Origin: Candidatus Amesbacteria bacterium
GTDB taxonomy: Bacteria > Patescibacteriota > Microgenomatia > CAZETR01 > Amesbacteraceae
DNA: 64,000 bases
Direction of reading: 5' to 3'
Assembly: GCA_027371535.1 (NCBI GenBank)
Contig: DAHXMV010000001.1
Location: forward strand, 253,259-317,258
Shown: positions 19,928 through 32,681 of the stretch, piece by piece
Layout of the letters: every line of letters starts with the position of its first letter
How positions within the stretch are numbered: the stretch's first letter is position 1
Translations under genes and position numbers: made by a program
Notes under the pieces: model-generated
Databases searched by the model: none
The model's input: the letters and a program-made list of their open reading frames with translations, nothing else
Told to the model about the DNA's origin: nothing

Positions 19928-20893
19928 CTACTTATTGGCAAAAATGACGGCATTGGGGAGGTTGCGGCCGGGACCATACAGGTACCTACCATTGTATATA
20001 AGGGCGGTGGAACCGCCGGTGTCCAGGTTAAGAGCCCCCCGGGCCCCGAGGGCCTTAAATACGTAAGCAAACTGCTGCATGTTCACAGCCTGGGCGACGA
20101 CCACGATTACATGCTGGGGATCAATGACACCGATTCCCACTTTGGTATTGACACCTTTTTGCTTATCCGACAAGCCGGACTGATTATCGTCAATTTGGAC
20201 GTTACCACCGTCCAATAACCCGGGGTAATTGACAATCCCCGCAATTAATCCCCCGCTAAAACCGGCTGAACTATTCAAATAGTGAGCTCCCGAGCCGTCA
20301 ACATAAAAAATGGCCCGGCGTTCGTTCCAGAATAATTTGTCCTGATTAATCCATTTACCCAGACGGGTGTTGTAAACCGGAAAGTCATATGAATTGGTCT
20401 TTCCGGAACAGTCGGGATAGGTATCGGGGCAGAAATAGCTGCCATTGACCCCGGCGTAACCGCCGTTTTTAGATACATAATTTGCCAGAGGATAGACGTT
20501 GCAGGCGTTGCCGCAATTATCATCATTACCGGTATCCGTAATCACCCTGGTGCCGGCCAAATTAAAAGCCATGACCGTAACTGAAAAAGTCCCTTTGGGT
20601 GTATTCACTGTAGATCTGGTAAGACCGGTGCCCGGCGGTCCGGATATGGGAATCGGGGTCGGCTTCGGGAAAGGAGTAGGAGTCGGCCTTGGGGTAGGAC
20701 TGGGAATCGGGGTAGGAATTAAAGTGGGCAGGGGCTCGAAAGTCGGAAAAACCCGGGAGGCAGCCGATGGCGGTACAGAAACAGCAGCAGACTCATGGTT
20801 TAAGGTTAAGACTACTAACCCGGAAACGGTGATTAACAAACCAAAAGTTAAGGGTACTATTAAAACCGATCCCCGGTGAGGTACAACGGGCAT
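19928..20893 (-). CDS. Phosphodiester glycosidase-family (NAGPA/DUF2233-like) surface protein
   Basis: N-terminal TM segment, a Pro/Thr-rich linker, and a C-terminal ALNLDTGGST resembling the (L)NLDGGGS motif of phosphodiester glycosidases. Confidence 0.5.
   Translation of the reverse strand: MPVVPHRGSVLIVPLTFGLLITVSGLVVLTLNHESAAVSVPPSAASRVFPTFEPLPTLIPTPIPSPTPRPTPTPFPKPTPIPISGPPGTGLTRSTVNTPKGTFSVTVMAFNLAGTRVITDTGNDDNCGNACNVYPLANYVSKNGGYAGVNGSYFCPDTYPDCSGKTNSYDFPVYNTRLGKWINQDKLFWNERRAIFYVDGSGAHYLNSSAGFSGGLIAGIVNYPGLLDGGNVQIDDNQSGLSDKQKGVNTKVGIGVIDPQHVIVVVAQAVNMQQFAYVFKALGARGALNLDTGGSTALIYNGRYLYGPGRNLPNAVIFANK
20608..20758 (-). repeat. Low-complexity Pro/Thr-rich linker coding repeat (PTPIPSPTPRPTPTPFPKPTPIP)
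   Basis: Direct reading of the ORF translation. Coordinates are approximate. Confidence 0.5.
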
Positions 20894-20934
20894 TAATTAT
20901 TATTAAACACGATTTTTAAGATATAGTATAGATA

Positions 20935-22080
20935 ATGAAGCAAAAGTCCAAAAAAGAGCCGGTGGTGATATCCGAGGATAAAGATCTGACCCAGATAACC
21001 AGAGAAGGTGAGGATACCCAGAGTGAGAATAAAAGGGCGGTACCGACGGTCCTCCTAATTACCATTTTAGTGGTAGTTTTTTCGGCAATTCTTGGTATAT
21101 TTATTAGGGCTTCTAAGGTACAAAATAAAAAATACGTATATACTTTATTACCCACCCCGACTCCGGCTCAATTATCGGGGATATTATTGTACTCAGAAGG
21201 AGAAATTAAACTTGTCAGATACGGTTTAACCATTAGTCCGAACGCCAATGATCCGATAAAAGAGAGTGATCTGATAATGAGTAATAAAAACTCGAGGCTT
21301 GTAATTAATTTTGCCGATAAAGCGGAAGTCAGGTTGGGTGAAAATTCAACTTTGCAGGTGAACAAATTAAGACCCGGGAATATTGATTTAAATCTTATAA
21401 ACGGGGATATATTTTTCCGTGTAAACTCAAGTGAAAATCAGCATTTCAGCCTCACTATCAACCAGGTGAACATTAAAACAGTAACAGGAATTTTTATGGC
21501 GGAGAACCTGAAAAATATTTCGGTGAAAGTAATGTCAGGGTCTGTTACCCTGACGGCACCCGGCATTTCTCAAATGGTAATATCAGAAAATCAGATCTGG
21601 AATGACAAAAATCAGTTAAGACAGCTGACTTCAGACGATATTAACAAAGATAAATTCCTGGTCTGGTGCCTGGCAGAAATGGCAACCCCCACTCCCCGGC
21701 CCCAGCCTTTGACCAGTCCGACAACAATACCCACCATTATAGTTCCCACAGCCACACCTACTCCGACTCCCGCCCCCACATCAATTCCCAGCCATGTAAA
21801 TCAAATCTCCCTATCGGTTCAGCAAAGCGGTCTGAAAGCCCTTTTAGACTGGAGCGTGGACGGAACAGCCGTCTATGGATACGAAATTCTCTGGTCAAAC
21901 TCACCGGATCCGACGTATCCGCCAAGAACCGGTGACAATTTTATCTATGAAGCCAATACCGTGGCCAGGCATGAGGAGATTAATATTTACCAGACCGGCC
22001 TGCCATATTATTTCCGGATCTGCGAATATTTAAACGACCAGTGCGGAACGATCTCAAACGAAATAATGGTGCAATACTGA
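20935..22080 (+). CDS. Membrane-anchored protein with FecR-like beta-sandwich region and Pro/Thr linker
   Basis: TM segment (LLITILVVVFSAILGIFI). The central region resembles FecR/DUF4974, and a PT-rich linker is followed by a C-terminal beta-rich domain. Confidence 0.35.
   Translation: MKQKSKKEPVVISEDKDLTQITREGEDTQSENKRAVPTVLLITILVVVFSAILGIFIRASKVQNKKYVYTLLPTPTPAQLSGILLYSEGEIKLVRYGLTISPNANDPIKESDLIMSNKNSRLVINFADKAEVRLGENSTLQVNKLRPGNIDLNLINGDIFFRVNSSENQHFSLTINQVNIKTVTGIFMAENLKNISVKVMSGSVTLTAPGISQMVISENQIWNDKNQLRQLTSDDINKDKFLVWCLAEMATPTPRPQPLTSPTTIPTIIVPTATPTPTPAPTSIPSHVNQISLSVQQSGLKALLDWSVDGTAVYGYEILWSNSPDPTYPPRTGDNFIYEANTVARHEEINIYQTGLPYYFRICEYLNDQCGTISNEIMVQY
21681..21795 (+). repeat. Low-complexity Pro/Thr-rich linker (ATPTPRPQPLTSPTTIPTIIVPTATPTPTPAPTSIP)
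   Basis: Direct reading. Coordinates are approximate. Confidence 0.5.
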
Positions 22081-22160
22081 TAACAAAAATTGTAAGAAAA
22101 CCGGTGGTCCGGCAAAGTTTGGAAAATATAAGATACGGTTATTATTTACGGACAAAGTAA

Positions 22161-22433
22161 ATGATCGGATACCTGGCCAATATTGAAGAAGTAACGCTGG
22201 AAAACTCAAATTATCGGAAAATGCTGTTTTCAGGGAGAAATTGCCAGCTGATCGCCATGTGCCTGAAACCGGGAGAAGAAATGGGCAGGGAGGTCCACGC
22301 CAAATCGGATCAAATATTCTATTTCGAAGACGGTAAGGGCAAAGTGGTGGTAGAGGATGAGGAATATCAGGTCAGGCCGGGAGTGGTAATCCTTATCCCC
22401 CAGCACCGACTTTATAGAAACTTCTTGATATAA
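22161..22433 (+). CDS. Cupin-domain protein (small)
   Basis: Cupin-like core (GEEMGREVHAKSDQIFYFEDGKGKV...PGVVILIPQHRLY), 90 aa. Confidence 0.45.
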   Translation: MIGYLANIEEVTLENSNYRKMLFSGRNCQLIAMCLKPGEEMGREVHAKSDQIFYFEDGKGKVVVEDEEYQVRPGVVILIPQHRLYRNFLI

Positions 22434-22440
22434 TTTGTTT

Positions 22441-23040
22441 ATGGAAAATAATGTTACACCGATTGATTCGAGATATATTCCTTTTACCCAACAACCCGCA
22501 TGTTGTGTACCAACCTGTTTCCAGATGGTTATGTACCGTCATAATATTCCACTAATACCTGCGGAAAAAATTGGTTATTATTTAGGTTTAACTGTTCATC
22601 CAGATAGGGCATATTTATTTTACAGTGTAAGAACTTCAATTAATAAACCACCAGCTGGTTATGTTACTAGGATTTATGACCCCGAATATGAACCTAATAT
22701 ATTTTTTAAGAAATTTAATATTCCACTCAACTTTAATAAAATTCCGATAACCAAAGTTAAGTCACCTGAAGATATATTAGGTTACTTAAAAAAAGTTGAA
22801 ACAGTAGATAAAGATGTATTGCTTTGTTTTCACCATGGAACTCTTATTAATGATCCAGATAAAGATTGGGGTCACGTATGCGTTTTTGACAGAATAATTG
22901 ACGGAAAAATAAGAATTATTGATCCAAGTCCAGACTACCCTAAATGGAGGTTGGTTGAAATAAACAAAATGTTTGAAGCTATGGTAAAACATGGTGAACA
23001 AAGGTCTGCAGGATTTTGGGAATTGGAATTAAATCGCTAA
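22441..23040 (+). CDS. Papain-like cysteine peptidase (C39-like) domain protein
   Basis: Gln...Cys...His order: TQQPACCVPTC (candidate oxyanion-hole Gln and nucleophile Cys), then a downstream GHVCVFD (His) and an Asp. The ORF track starts at a TTG at 22435, but ATG at 22441 is the more likely start. Markedly AT-rich coding sequence. Confidence 0.35.
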   Translation: MENNVTPIDSRYIPFTQQPACCVPTCFQMVMYRHNIPLIPAEKIGYYLGLTVHPDRAYLFYSVRTSINKPPAGYVTRIYDPEYEPNIFFKKFNIPLNFNKIPITKVKSPEDILGYLKKVETVDKDVLLCFHHGTLINDPDKDWGHVCVFDRIIDGKIRIIDPSPDYPKWRLVEINKMFEAMVKHGEQRSAGFWELELNR

Positions 23041-23042
23041 GT

Positions 23043-23073
23043 AATAAGTTCTAACAGCGTCCCAAACACGCAG
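23043..23073. repeat. 31-bp direct repeat, copy 1 (aataagttctaacagcgtcccaaacacgcag)
   Basis: Exact 31/31 identity with 23647..23677. It begins 2 nt after the stop codon of the upstream gene. Confidence 0.85.
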
Positions 23074-23081
23074 CACGATTT

Positions 23082-23651
23082 TTGTTCTATAATCAATTTA
23101 TGAATTTACCCATAAATACAATTAAAGTTGATAATGATTTATATCTTAAAATCTGGGATATCAATTACTCTTCCGAGCTATTTAAATTAACAGACCAAAA
23201 CCGAAAATACTTACAGCCTTGGTTGCCATGGGTACCGAGTGTTAAGTACGAAAATGATTCAATTAAATTTATAACCCGCGTTATCAAAGAGATGAAAAAT
23301 GGCGAAGGTTTGGAATTGGGAATCTGGTATCAAAATAAACTTGTCGGATGTATCGGTTTGCACGGGTTAAGTAAATCAAACCGCAGGGCAAGTATAGGTT
23401 ATTGGCTTAGCAAAGAATATCAAAAAATGGGAATAATTACTCGTTCTGTAAAAGCATTGGTAGATTATTCTTTTAACATTTTAAATCTTAATCGTATTGC
23501 GATAGAGGCTAGTACTGAGAATCTTTCAAGTTGTGCAGTTGCGGAGAGACTAGGTTTTGTTAAAGAAGGTATCGTTCGACAATTTGAATATGTTGATGGA
23601 AAATTTTTGGACTATCAGGTTTATAGTGTACTTAAATTTGATTGGAAATAA
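23082..23651 (+). CDS. GNAT N-acetyltransferase, RimL/RimJ-like
   Basis: GNAT motif A region (IGYWLSKEYQKMGIITRSVKALVDY) with RimL-like N-terminal extension. AT-rich. Flanked by the 31-bp repeat. Confidence 0.7.
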   Translation: MFYNQFMNLPINTIKVDNDLYLKIWDINYSSELFKLTDQNRKYLQPWLPWVPSVKYENDSIKFITRVIKEMKNGEGLELGIWYQNKLVGCIGLHGLSKSNRRASIGYWLSKEYQKMGIITRSVKALVDYSFNILNLNRIAIEASTENLSSCAVAERLGFVKEGIVRQFEYVDGKFLDYQVYSVLKFDWK

Positions 23652-23677
23652 GTTCTAACAGCGTCCCAAACACGCAG
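23647..23677. repeat. 31-bp direct repeat, copy 2
   Basis: Identical to 23043..23073. It overlaps the GNAT stop codon. Confidence 0.85.
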
Positions 23678-23838
23678 GGGGCGGAACATAATTTATTAAA
23701 TACCTCAAAAAGCCGGGATCTGAAGTTATTTACCTTATTCGCACCGCCGTTTCACCCGGCCGGGACGGAACAGAAAAATAAAACGGATAAGGCTTAACCA
23801 GTGACGGGATATGGCAAATCTGATAAAATTTCCAGGTT

Positions 23839-24537
23839 ATGGAAGATAATTTGAACCCGTTTTATGAAATCAGCGTAAACGGCAATGAACCTGCCTGGTG
23901 TATCGACGGCAGGAAAGAGTCAGGCCGGACAAAAAAAGGCGCCCAAATGCCCGGAGGATCAATATTCCCGATTCTGCTGGCGATTATTGAACAAAACGAA
24001 GATTTCTCCGCGGAGAACATAAACAGATATGCCCAAAAATTATCAAAGAAATTCAAACTGGGGGTTCACAGGGGAGAACACGGCGGTTGCGGATTTGCCA
24101 ATAATCTGATCAGAATCCTGCTAAAAATAACGGAAAAAGAAGAAGAAATAAAAGAGAGATTGAAAGATTTTGAAACAAATTCAGTTTATGAATCGCTGAA
24201 AGGTTATTCTTTATTAAAGGTAAAGGTGACCGGAGAAGAATTGATCAGCGATTTGGAAAAACAAAACGCGGTTGTTATGAATCTGGTCGGTGAACATGAA
24301 GAAAGGGCGGCCTTTGTAAACCTGAAAGACGGGACTACCTTGGACGTTCTGAAAGCCAATGAATCCGGGTCTCCGGCATTCAACCTGGATCTGTGGATGA
24401 TTGTAAAACAAGCCAAAGAATTGGGAGTAAATGAAGATTTTGCCCGAATCGCGTCTTTAATTATATATTTAGCCACGGAAATGGTACTGGTAGAAGATAA
24501 AGGAAAACCGGCATTAGATATAATTGTTCATAAATAA
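23839..24537 (+). CDS. Hypothetical protein in the atpI position of the ATP synthase operon
   Basis: Ends 3 nt before atpB. Soluble, 232 aa. Contains CIDGR and, about 60 residues later, HGGCG, a Cys-Asp-Arg...His-x-x-Cys spacing reminiscent of the beta-carbonic-anhydrase zinc site. It lacks the intervening RNAGN motif, so this may be coincidental. Confidence 0.3.
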   Translation: MEDNLNPFYEISVNGNEPAWCIDGRKESGRTKKGAQMPGGSIFPILLAIIEQNEDFSAENINRYAQKLSKKFKLGVHRGEHGGCGFANNLIRILLKITEKEEEIKERLKDFETNSVYESLKGYSLLKVKVTGEELISDLEKQNAVVMNLVGEHEERAAFVNLKDGTTLDVLKANESGSPAFNLDLWMIVKQAKELGVNEDFARIASLIIYLATEMVLVEDKGKPALDIIVHK

Positions 24538-24540
24538 GAT

Positions 24541-25523
<983 letters not shown>

Positions 25524-25556
25524 TCCCCTTTTAAAGGTACAGACCATCATTATTGT

Positions 25557-26060
25557 ATGGAAACACTAGGAATTAACCCTATACTGCTGATTGCTCAAAT
25601 CATCAGTTTTTTGATATTACTCTTCGTGATGAAGAGATTTCTTTACGGATACATTCAAAAAGCACTTGAAGAAAGAAAAAACAGCATTAAAAAAACATTT
25701 ACCGACCGGGAGGAACTGGAAAAACGACTGACCAATCTGGAAAAAGAGCAGGATATCAAAAGAAAAGAGATGGCTGCCCTGAATAAAAAACTGGAAGCCG
25801 AAGCCAGAAAGGCAGCAGATGAAGTTAAGAAAGAAATTGTGAATAAGGCCGCTTTAGAAGGTGAAAGGGAATTGATAAAAGCCAGGGAACGAATCAACCA
25901 GGAAGTGGATAATGCCAAAAAGGATTTGGCAGGCCAGGCCAAGACCCTGGCTAAAACTATCGTGGAAAGAGTGATCCAGGAACAAATCAGCAACCCCGAC
26001 TGGCAAAAAGCTCAGTTAAATAAAAGTGTAAAAGATTTAGAAAATAATGAAACCGAATAA
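25557..26060 (+). CDS. atpF: F0F1 ATP synthase subunit b
   Basis: N-terminal TM segment followed by a long charged coiled coil. Operon position. Confidence 0.8.
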   Translation: METLGINPILLIAQIISFLILLFVMKRFLYGYIQKALEERKNSIKKTFTDREELEKRLTNLEKEQDIKRKEMAALNKKLEAEARKAADEVKKEIVNKAALEGERELIKARERINQEVDNAKKDLAGQAKTLAKTIVERVIQEQISNPDWQKAQLNKSVKDLENNETE

Positions 26061-26388
26061 AGACCAGACGGTAAAAGATATCGCCCAGGGCATCATGGAT
26101 TATTTAAAAAGCCATAAGGCCAGCGGTTTGGTTTTTGAAATAATTAAACAGCTCAAAGTATTAAGTGCCGAATCCGCCAGGACAGCCCGGGTAGAAACAG
26201 CAATCAATTTAAACGGCATGGAAAAAGAACGGATAGCCGGAATGTTAGCCAAAAAATATCACTGGAAAGAAGAGATTGAATACCTGGTTAACCCGCAGTT
26301 ATTGGGCGGAATCAAAATAACCATCGGCGACAAAGTCCTGGATCTTTCAGTGAAAACGAAATTGGAGGATATATATGAGCAAATCTGA
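26047..26388 (+). CDS. atpH: F0F1 ATP synthase subunit delta (short, 113 aa)
   Basis: Operon position. C-terminal [17 protein letters not shown] matches the OSCP/delta C-terminal domain. The N-terminal domain appears to be absent. Confidence 0.7.
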   Translation: MKPNKDQTVKDIAQGIMDYLKSHKASGLVFEIIKQLKVLSAESARTARVETAINLNGMEKERIAGMLAKKYHWKEEIEYLVNPQLLGGIKITIGDKVLDLSVKTKLEDIYEQI

Positions 26389-27931
26389 TTTGACAATTAA
26401 TCCCGAAGAGCTGGTCCAGGCAATCAAGTCAAGAGTGGAAAAATCGCAAATATCCTCCAGTCTAACCAGTACCGGAAAAGTTCTGTCTGCCGGAGACGGG
26501 GTGGCGGTATTATCAGGTCTGTCAGAAGCATTGATGGGAGAGCTGGTAGAGTTTTCAAAAAATACATTTGGAATGGTTTTAAATTTAAAAGCTGATGAGG
26601 TAAATGCAGTTATATTCGGGGATTATACAAACGTAAAAGAGAGTGACGAGGTTAGGTCTACCGGAAAAATTCTGACAGTGCCTGCCGGTTTTGGACTATT
26701 AGGCCGGGTGGTGGATCCGTTGATGAATCCCATAGACGGTAAGGGGGAAATTAAAAAGTCTATAAACGACCAGGAAATGAATTTGGAAAGTATTGCACCC
26801 GGGGTGATTAAAAGGCAGGATGTGAGAACACCGATGCAAACGGGGATAAAAATAATTGATGCCCTCCTGCCTATCGGCCGTGGCCAACGGGAACTGATTA
26901 TCGGTGACCGGGGAACCGGGAAAACCGCTATCGCAGTGGATGCAATTATCAACCAAGCTAAAATCAACAAGAGTCTTATTAAAGGGGAAAAACGGGTGAT
27001 CTGTATTTATGTGGCCATCGGCCAGAAACAAGCCAAAGTGGCCCAGGTGGTAGGACGGCTGGAGGAATTTGAATCCATGGAAAATACTTTAGTCATATCG
27101 GCAGGTGCTGCCGATTCGGCCAGCCTGCAATATTTAGCTCCCTTTGCAGCGACCGCTGTAGGAGAGTATTTTATGAATCAGGGCGAAGACGTGCTGATAA
27201 TTTACGATGATCTGACAAAACATGCCTGGGCATACAGACAATTATCCTTATTACTGCGCAGACCTTCGGGAAGAGAAGCATATCCGGGGGATATATTTTA
27301 TCTGCATTCAAGGCTGTTGGAAAGATCAGCCAGATTGAACGATAAATTGGGGGGCGGATCGATGACGGCACTACCCATAATCGAAACCCAGGCAGGCGAT
27401 ATTTCGGCTTATATTCCCACAAATGTGATTTCCATTACCGACGGACAAATATACCTGGAACCGGATATTTTTTATTCGGGCATCCGACCGGCAGTGTCAG
27501 TGGGGTTATCCGTTTCCCGGGTCGGGGGTGATGCCCAAATAAAAGCCATGAAACAGGTAGCCGGTAAACTGAAACTGGATCTGGCGCAATACCGGGAACT
27601 GGCAGCATTTGCCCAGTTCGGTCAGGATCTGGATGAATCAACCCAAAAAAGACTGGAACGGGGAAAGGTACTCACGGAACTTTTAAAACAACCACAATAC
27701 TCTCCCCTTCAGGTAGAAGAACAAATCGCTGCCATCTGGCTGGGAATGAACGGTTACCTTGATAACCTGCCCTTATCCGAGATAGACCAGGTAACGAAAA
27801 ATTTTGTCAGGAATTTAGGCAAACTGAAAACCCAACCGCTGGCAAGTATCAGAACGGATAAAAGGATAGAACCAAAAACGGAAGAAATTCTGAAAGCAGA
27901 AGCAGATAAAATTAAACAACTGAACACTTAA
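26375..27931 (+). CDS. atpA: F0F1 ATP synthase subunit alpha
   Basis: Walker A GDRGTGKT and the alpha-subunit signature. Confidence 0.95.
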   Translation: MSKSDLTINPEELVQAIKSRVEKSQISSSLTSTGKVLSAGDGVAVLSGLSEALMGELVEFSKNTFGMVLNLKADEVNAVIFGDYTNVKESDEVRSTGKILTVPAGFGLLGRVVDPLMNPIDGKGEIKKSINDQEMNLESIAPGVIKRQDVRTPMQTGIKIIDALLPIGRGQRELIIGDRGTGKTAIAVDAIINQAKINKSLIKGEKRVICIYVAIGQKQAKVAQVVGRLEEFESMENTLVISAGAADSASLQYLAPFAATAVGEYFMNQGEDVLIIYDDLTKHAWAYRQLSLLLRRPSGREAYPGDIFYLHSRLLERSARLNDKLGGGSMTALPIIETQAGDISAYIPTNVISITDGQIYLEPDIFYSGIRPAVSVGLSVSRVGGDAQIKAMKQVAGKLKLDLAQYRELAAFAQFGQDLDESTQKRLERGKVLTELLKQPQYSPLQVEEQIAAIWLGMNGYLDNLPLSEIDQVTKNFVRNLGKLKTQPLASIRTDKRIEPKTEEILKAEADKIKQLNT

Positions 27932-27935
27932 CCAT

Positions 27936-30250
<2,315 letters not shown>

Positions 30251-30251
30251 T

Positions 30252-30659
30252 ATGGCTTTTAAACTGGTGGTTATTTCTCCGGTAAAAAATGTTCTTGAAA
30301 CCGAAATTGACAGTGTGACCATACCGACAGTTGACGGGGAGATCACAGTTTTACCAAAACACATGCCGATTTTTTCGATGGTCAAGTCCGGGGAGGTGAC
30401 GGTCAGGACAAAAAACGGGGTCGATTATTTGGCTTGCGGGGGCGGGTTTGTAAATGTCACCGGGGATAAAGTCACATTGCTTTTGGAATACGGAGTCAAT
30501 AGTGAGGAAATCGATGAAGAAAAAGTCCGGGAGGCCAAACGGCGGGCAGAAGAAATTTTGAAAACCCAGGCGGATGAAAAAAGTTCGGCTATGGCTCAGA
30601 CCTCCCTGGCCAGATCGCTGCTGGAACTGAAAGTAGCCCGGAAACGAAAACGGGGTTAG
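30252..30659 (+). CDS. atpC: F0F1 ATP synthase subunit epsilon
   Basis: Operon position. N-terminal beta-sandwich followed by a C-terminal helical hairpin. Confidence 0.85.
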   Translation: MAFKLVVISPVKNVLETEIDSVTIPTVDGEITVLPKHMPIFSMVKSGEVTVRTKNGVDYLACGGGFVNVTGDKVTLLLEYGVNSEEIDEEKVREAKRRAEEILKTQADEKSSAMAQTSLARSLLELKVARKRKRG

Positions 30660-31288
30660 ATTATAAACTGAAAGGTAGCGACTAAAACCAGGCTGGTGAC
30701 TGAAGTAGTTACCCAGCCCAAAAAGGCGATCAGAGTCAGGCTGTCAATTATTTTCTCAGCTTCAGCCAAAGACCTGCCCACAGCCACATAACCGGCACTT
30801 TTCGGCCCTGAATACCGTACAACCACCAAAGCCTGTCTGATCCCCTTTTCCGGCTGCCAGGTAACCCGATTTTCACCGTAGGTGAAAGCATAATCCAAAA
30901 TACCCTGGGGCGGATGGGGCTGTTGCCCATGCAAGGTGGCAGAGGAGGTCACTAATTTGCCTGAATTGTCAAACAACAGCACGTAAGGTGCCAGACCGGT
31001 GGAAATTTCCACCGGATTCCGGGAGCGGAAAATTGCAGATGAACCGTTTTCACCCATCTGGAAAGCGATATCGTCTGCCAACTGAACCTGAGGCATATTT
31101 GCAGATAAACGGACATCCTGCTGAACCAACAGGTAGACCAGACCCGAGAGCAATGTGACTGCCGCAGCCAGGGGGATCCAAATTTTAAGGATGTTGAGGA
31201 CTTTTTCGTGGGTGATTCTTTCTTTCAGGCTGGGAGTCACGTTATTTACGCTCGACGGTAATGGAGCATTCGGTGACCAGGGCGGCAA
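30656..31288 (-). CDS. Hypothetical membrane protein
   Basis: TM segments at both ends. No recognisable domain. Convergent with atpC, overlapping it by 4 nt. Confidence 0.35.
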   Translation of the reverse strand: MPPWSPNAPLPSSVNNVTPSLKERITHEKVLNILKIWIPLAAAVTLLSGLVYLLVQQDVRLSANMPQVQLADDIAFQMGENGSSAIFRSRNPVEISTGLAPYVLLFDNSGKLVTSSATLHGQQPHPPQGILDYAFTYGENRVTWQPEKGIRQALVVVRYSGPKSAGYVAVGRSLAEAEKIIDSLTLIAFLGWVTTSVTSLVLVATFQFII

Positions 31289-31496
31289 TCGCTCCGACGG
31301 CGGCTAAAACCGGAACTAAAACGGTACCGACCACGCCCAATGTCAGGGGAAACTCTACCAGGGACTTACCTTCCTTATCTTTAATGATGATTCTTCTGAT
31401 ATTGCCTTCGTGAACCAGCTCCTTAAACTTTTTAACCAGTTCGTCCCCTTTGACAGTAAAGGTTTCCTGCTTGGCTTGGGATTTGGTTCTCGCCAT
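31242..31496 (-). CDS. DUF4342-family small protein
   Basis: Pattern VKGDELVKKFKELVHEGNIRRIIIKDKEGKSLVEFPLTLGVVGTVLVPVLAAVGAIAALVTEC is characteristic of DUF4342. Confidence 0.55.
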   Translation of the reverse strand: MARTKSQAKQETFTVKGDELVKKFKELVHEGNIRRIIIKDKEGKSLVEFPLTLGVVGTVLVPVLAAVGAIAALVTECSITVERK

Positions 31497-31505
31497 AGGG
31501 GCATT

Positions 31506-32057
31506 TTAGCGTATTTTAATCGTCCAGTCACGCAAAGCGGTTAACAGCTCGCGGATTTTGTCCCGGGTTTTGGTATCCACCAGATTTCCCTGATCGTCAA
31601 TTTTGTCTTTTACCTGAGGAATAATCACCTCCGGACGATTTAAAAAATGAAGGTTTAAAGATACTCCCACCTGGCGCAGGTGATAAAGGGCCCGGCTGCC
31701 GCCAAGCATCCCGGGAGAGTAACTGATGATGGCGGCAGGCTTATTATCCCAGGAATTATCGCCAAATGGCCGGGATGCCCAATCAATCGCATTTTTCAAT
31801 ACCCCCGGAACAGAATAATTGTATTCCGGAGTGACAAACAAAATGCCGTCTGACCGGGAAATCGCGGATTTGAAATTTTTGGCCGCCCCCGGCAGGGAAA
31901 GCTCCATATCCTGATTAAAAACCGGCAGATCTTTAAGATCATATATTTCCAAAAGCAGGTCCGGGGATGTTAAATTATTGGCCGCACGCAAAACGGCACC
32001 TCCATAAGAAGCGGTTCTTAGACTGCCGGCGATGCCTAAAATGCGAATCTGGTCCAT
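31506..32057 (-). CDS. NADPH-dependent FMN reductase family protein
   Basis: N-terminal ILGIAGSLRTASY flavodoxin-like phosphate loop. SsuE/ArsH-family length. Confidence 0.75.
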   Translation of the reverse strand: MDQIRILGIAGSLRTASYGGAVLRAANNLTSPDLLLEIYDLKDLPVFNQDMELSLPGAAKNFKSAISRSDGILFVTPEYNYSVPGVLKNAIDWASRPFGDNSWDNKPAAIISYSPGMLGGSRALYHLRQVGVSLNLHFLNRPEVIIPQVKDKIDDQGNLVDTKTRDKIRELLTALRDWTIKIR

Positions 32058-32127
32058 TATTACTTATATTATGTCATAAATTAATTTGTCAAGATCTCTT
32101 AATTTTGAGGAACTGTGCCTTTAAAAT

Positions 32128-32484
32128 TTAACCCGTGGTCGTAAATCCGGACTTGGGTAATATGTATGGCGGATTATTAGGTAAAAGTTTAATTAATTTG
32201 ACGGCGGTATAAATGTCGCTGGCGAAAAAATCTGGGTTACCTGCAGCTTTGACAAAACCGTCCATCCTGTCCATACGTAAAATACCTGGAAATTCCTTCC
32301 TGTCGGTGCCGTTGAATTTGACCTGAAAGTTACTCAGAGGTATATATTTCCAAACGGAAAAATTTATGCGGACAGATGCCTGGGAATCGGAAAAAATCGT
32401 ATTCTGCTCACGGATACCTGAAAATCTCAGACCGGCTCCGCCGGTAGAAGGACACGGATTTTCGGTGATTTTGGTACCGGCCAC
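32128..32484 (-). CDS. Hypothetical protein; locus may be a frameshifted or degraded gene
   Basis: 118-aa ORF. Two further overlapping minus-strand ORFs in other frames (32408..32638 and 32427..32648) lie upstream. No domain recognised. Confidence 0.25.
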   Translation of the reverse strand: MAGTKITENPCPSTGGAGLRFSGIREQNTIFSDSQASVRINFSVWKYIPLSNFQVKFNGTDRKEFPGILRMDRMDGFVKAAGNPDFFASDIYTAVKLIKLLPNNPPYILPKSGFTTTG

Positions 32485-32681
32485 CCGGACAAAGATGAGA
32501 TAATCCCGGAAAAAGGCCGAAATATCCTAACCCGGCACAAACCACCAGGATAAAAATCAGGGGAAATATCGTAAATTGAAGATAAAAACGATCTACCGGA
32601 AATAATTTTGGCCCAATGCAGTCGAAAGGCAATTCCAAATGTATGCACTAAAAGAAAGTTCTGGTATATTAAAATCGATTT

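Noticed and set aside
23839-24537. Calling the atpI-slot protein a beta-carbonic anhydrase
   Set aside because: Only the Cys-Asp-Arg...His-x-x-Cys spacing matches. The intervening beta-CA motifs (such as FVxRNAGN) are absent, so the call is kept as hypothetical.
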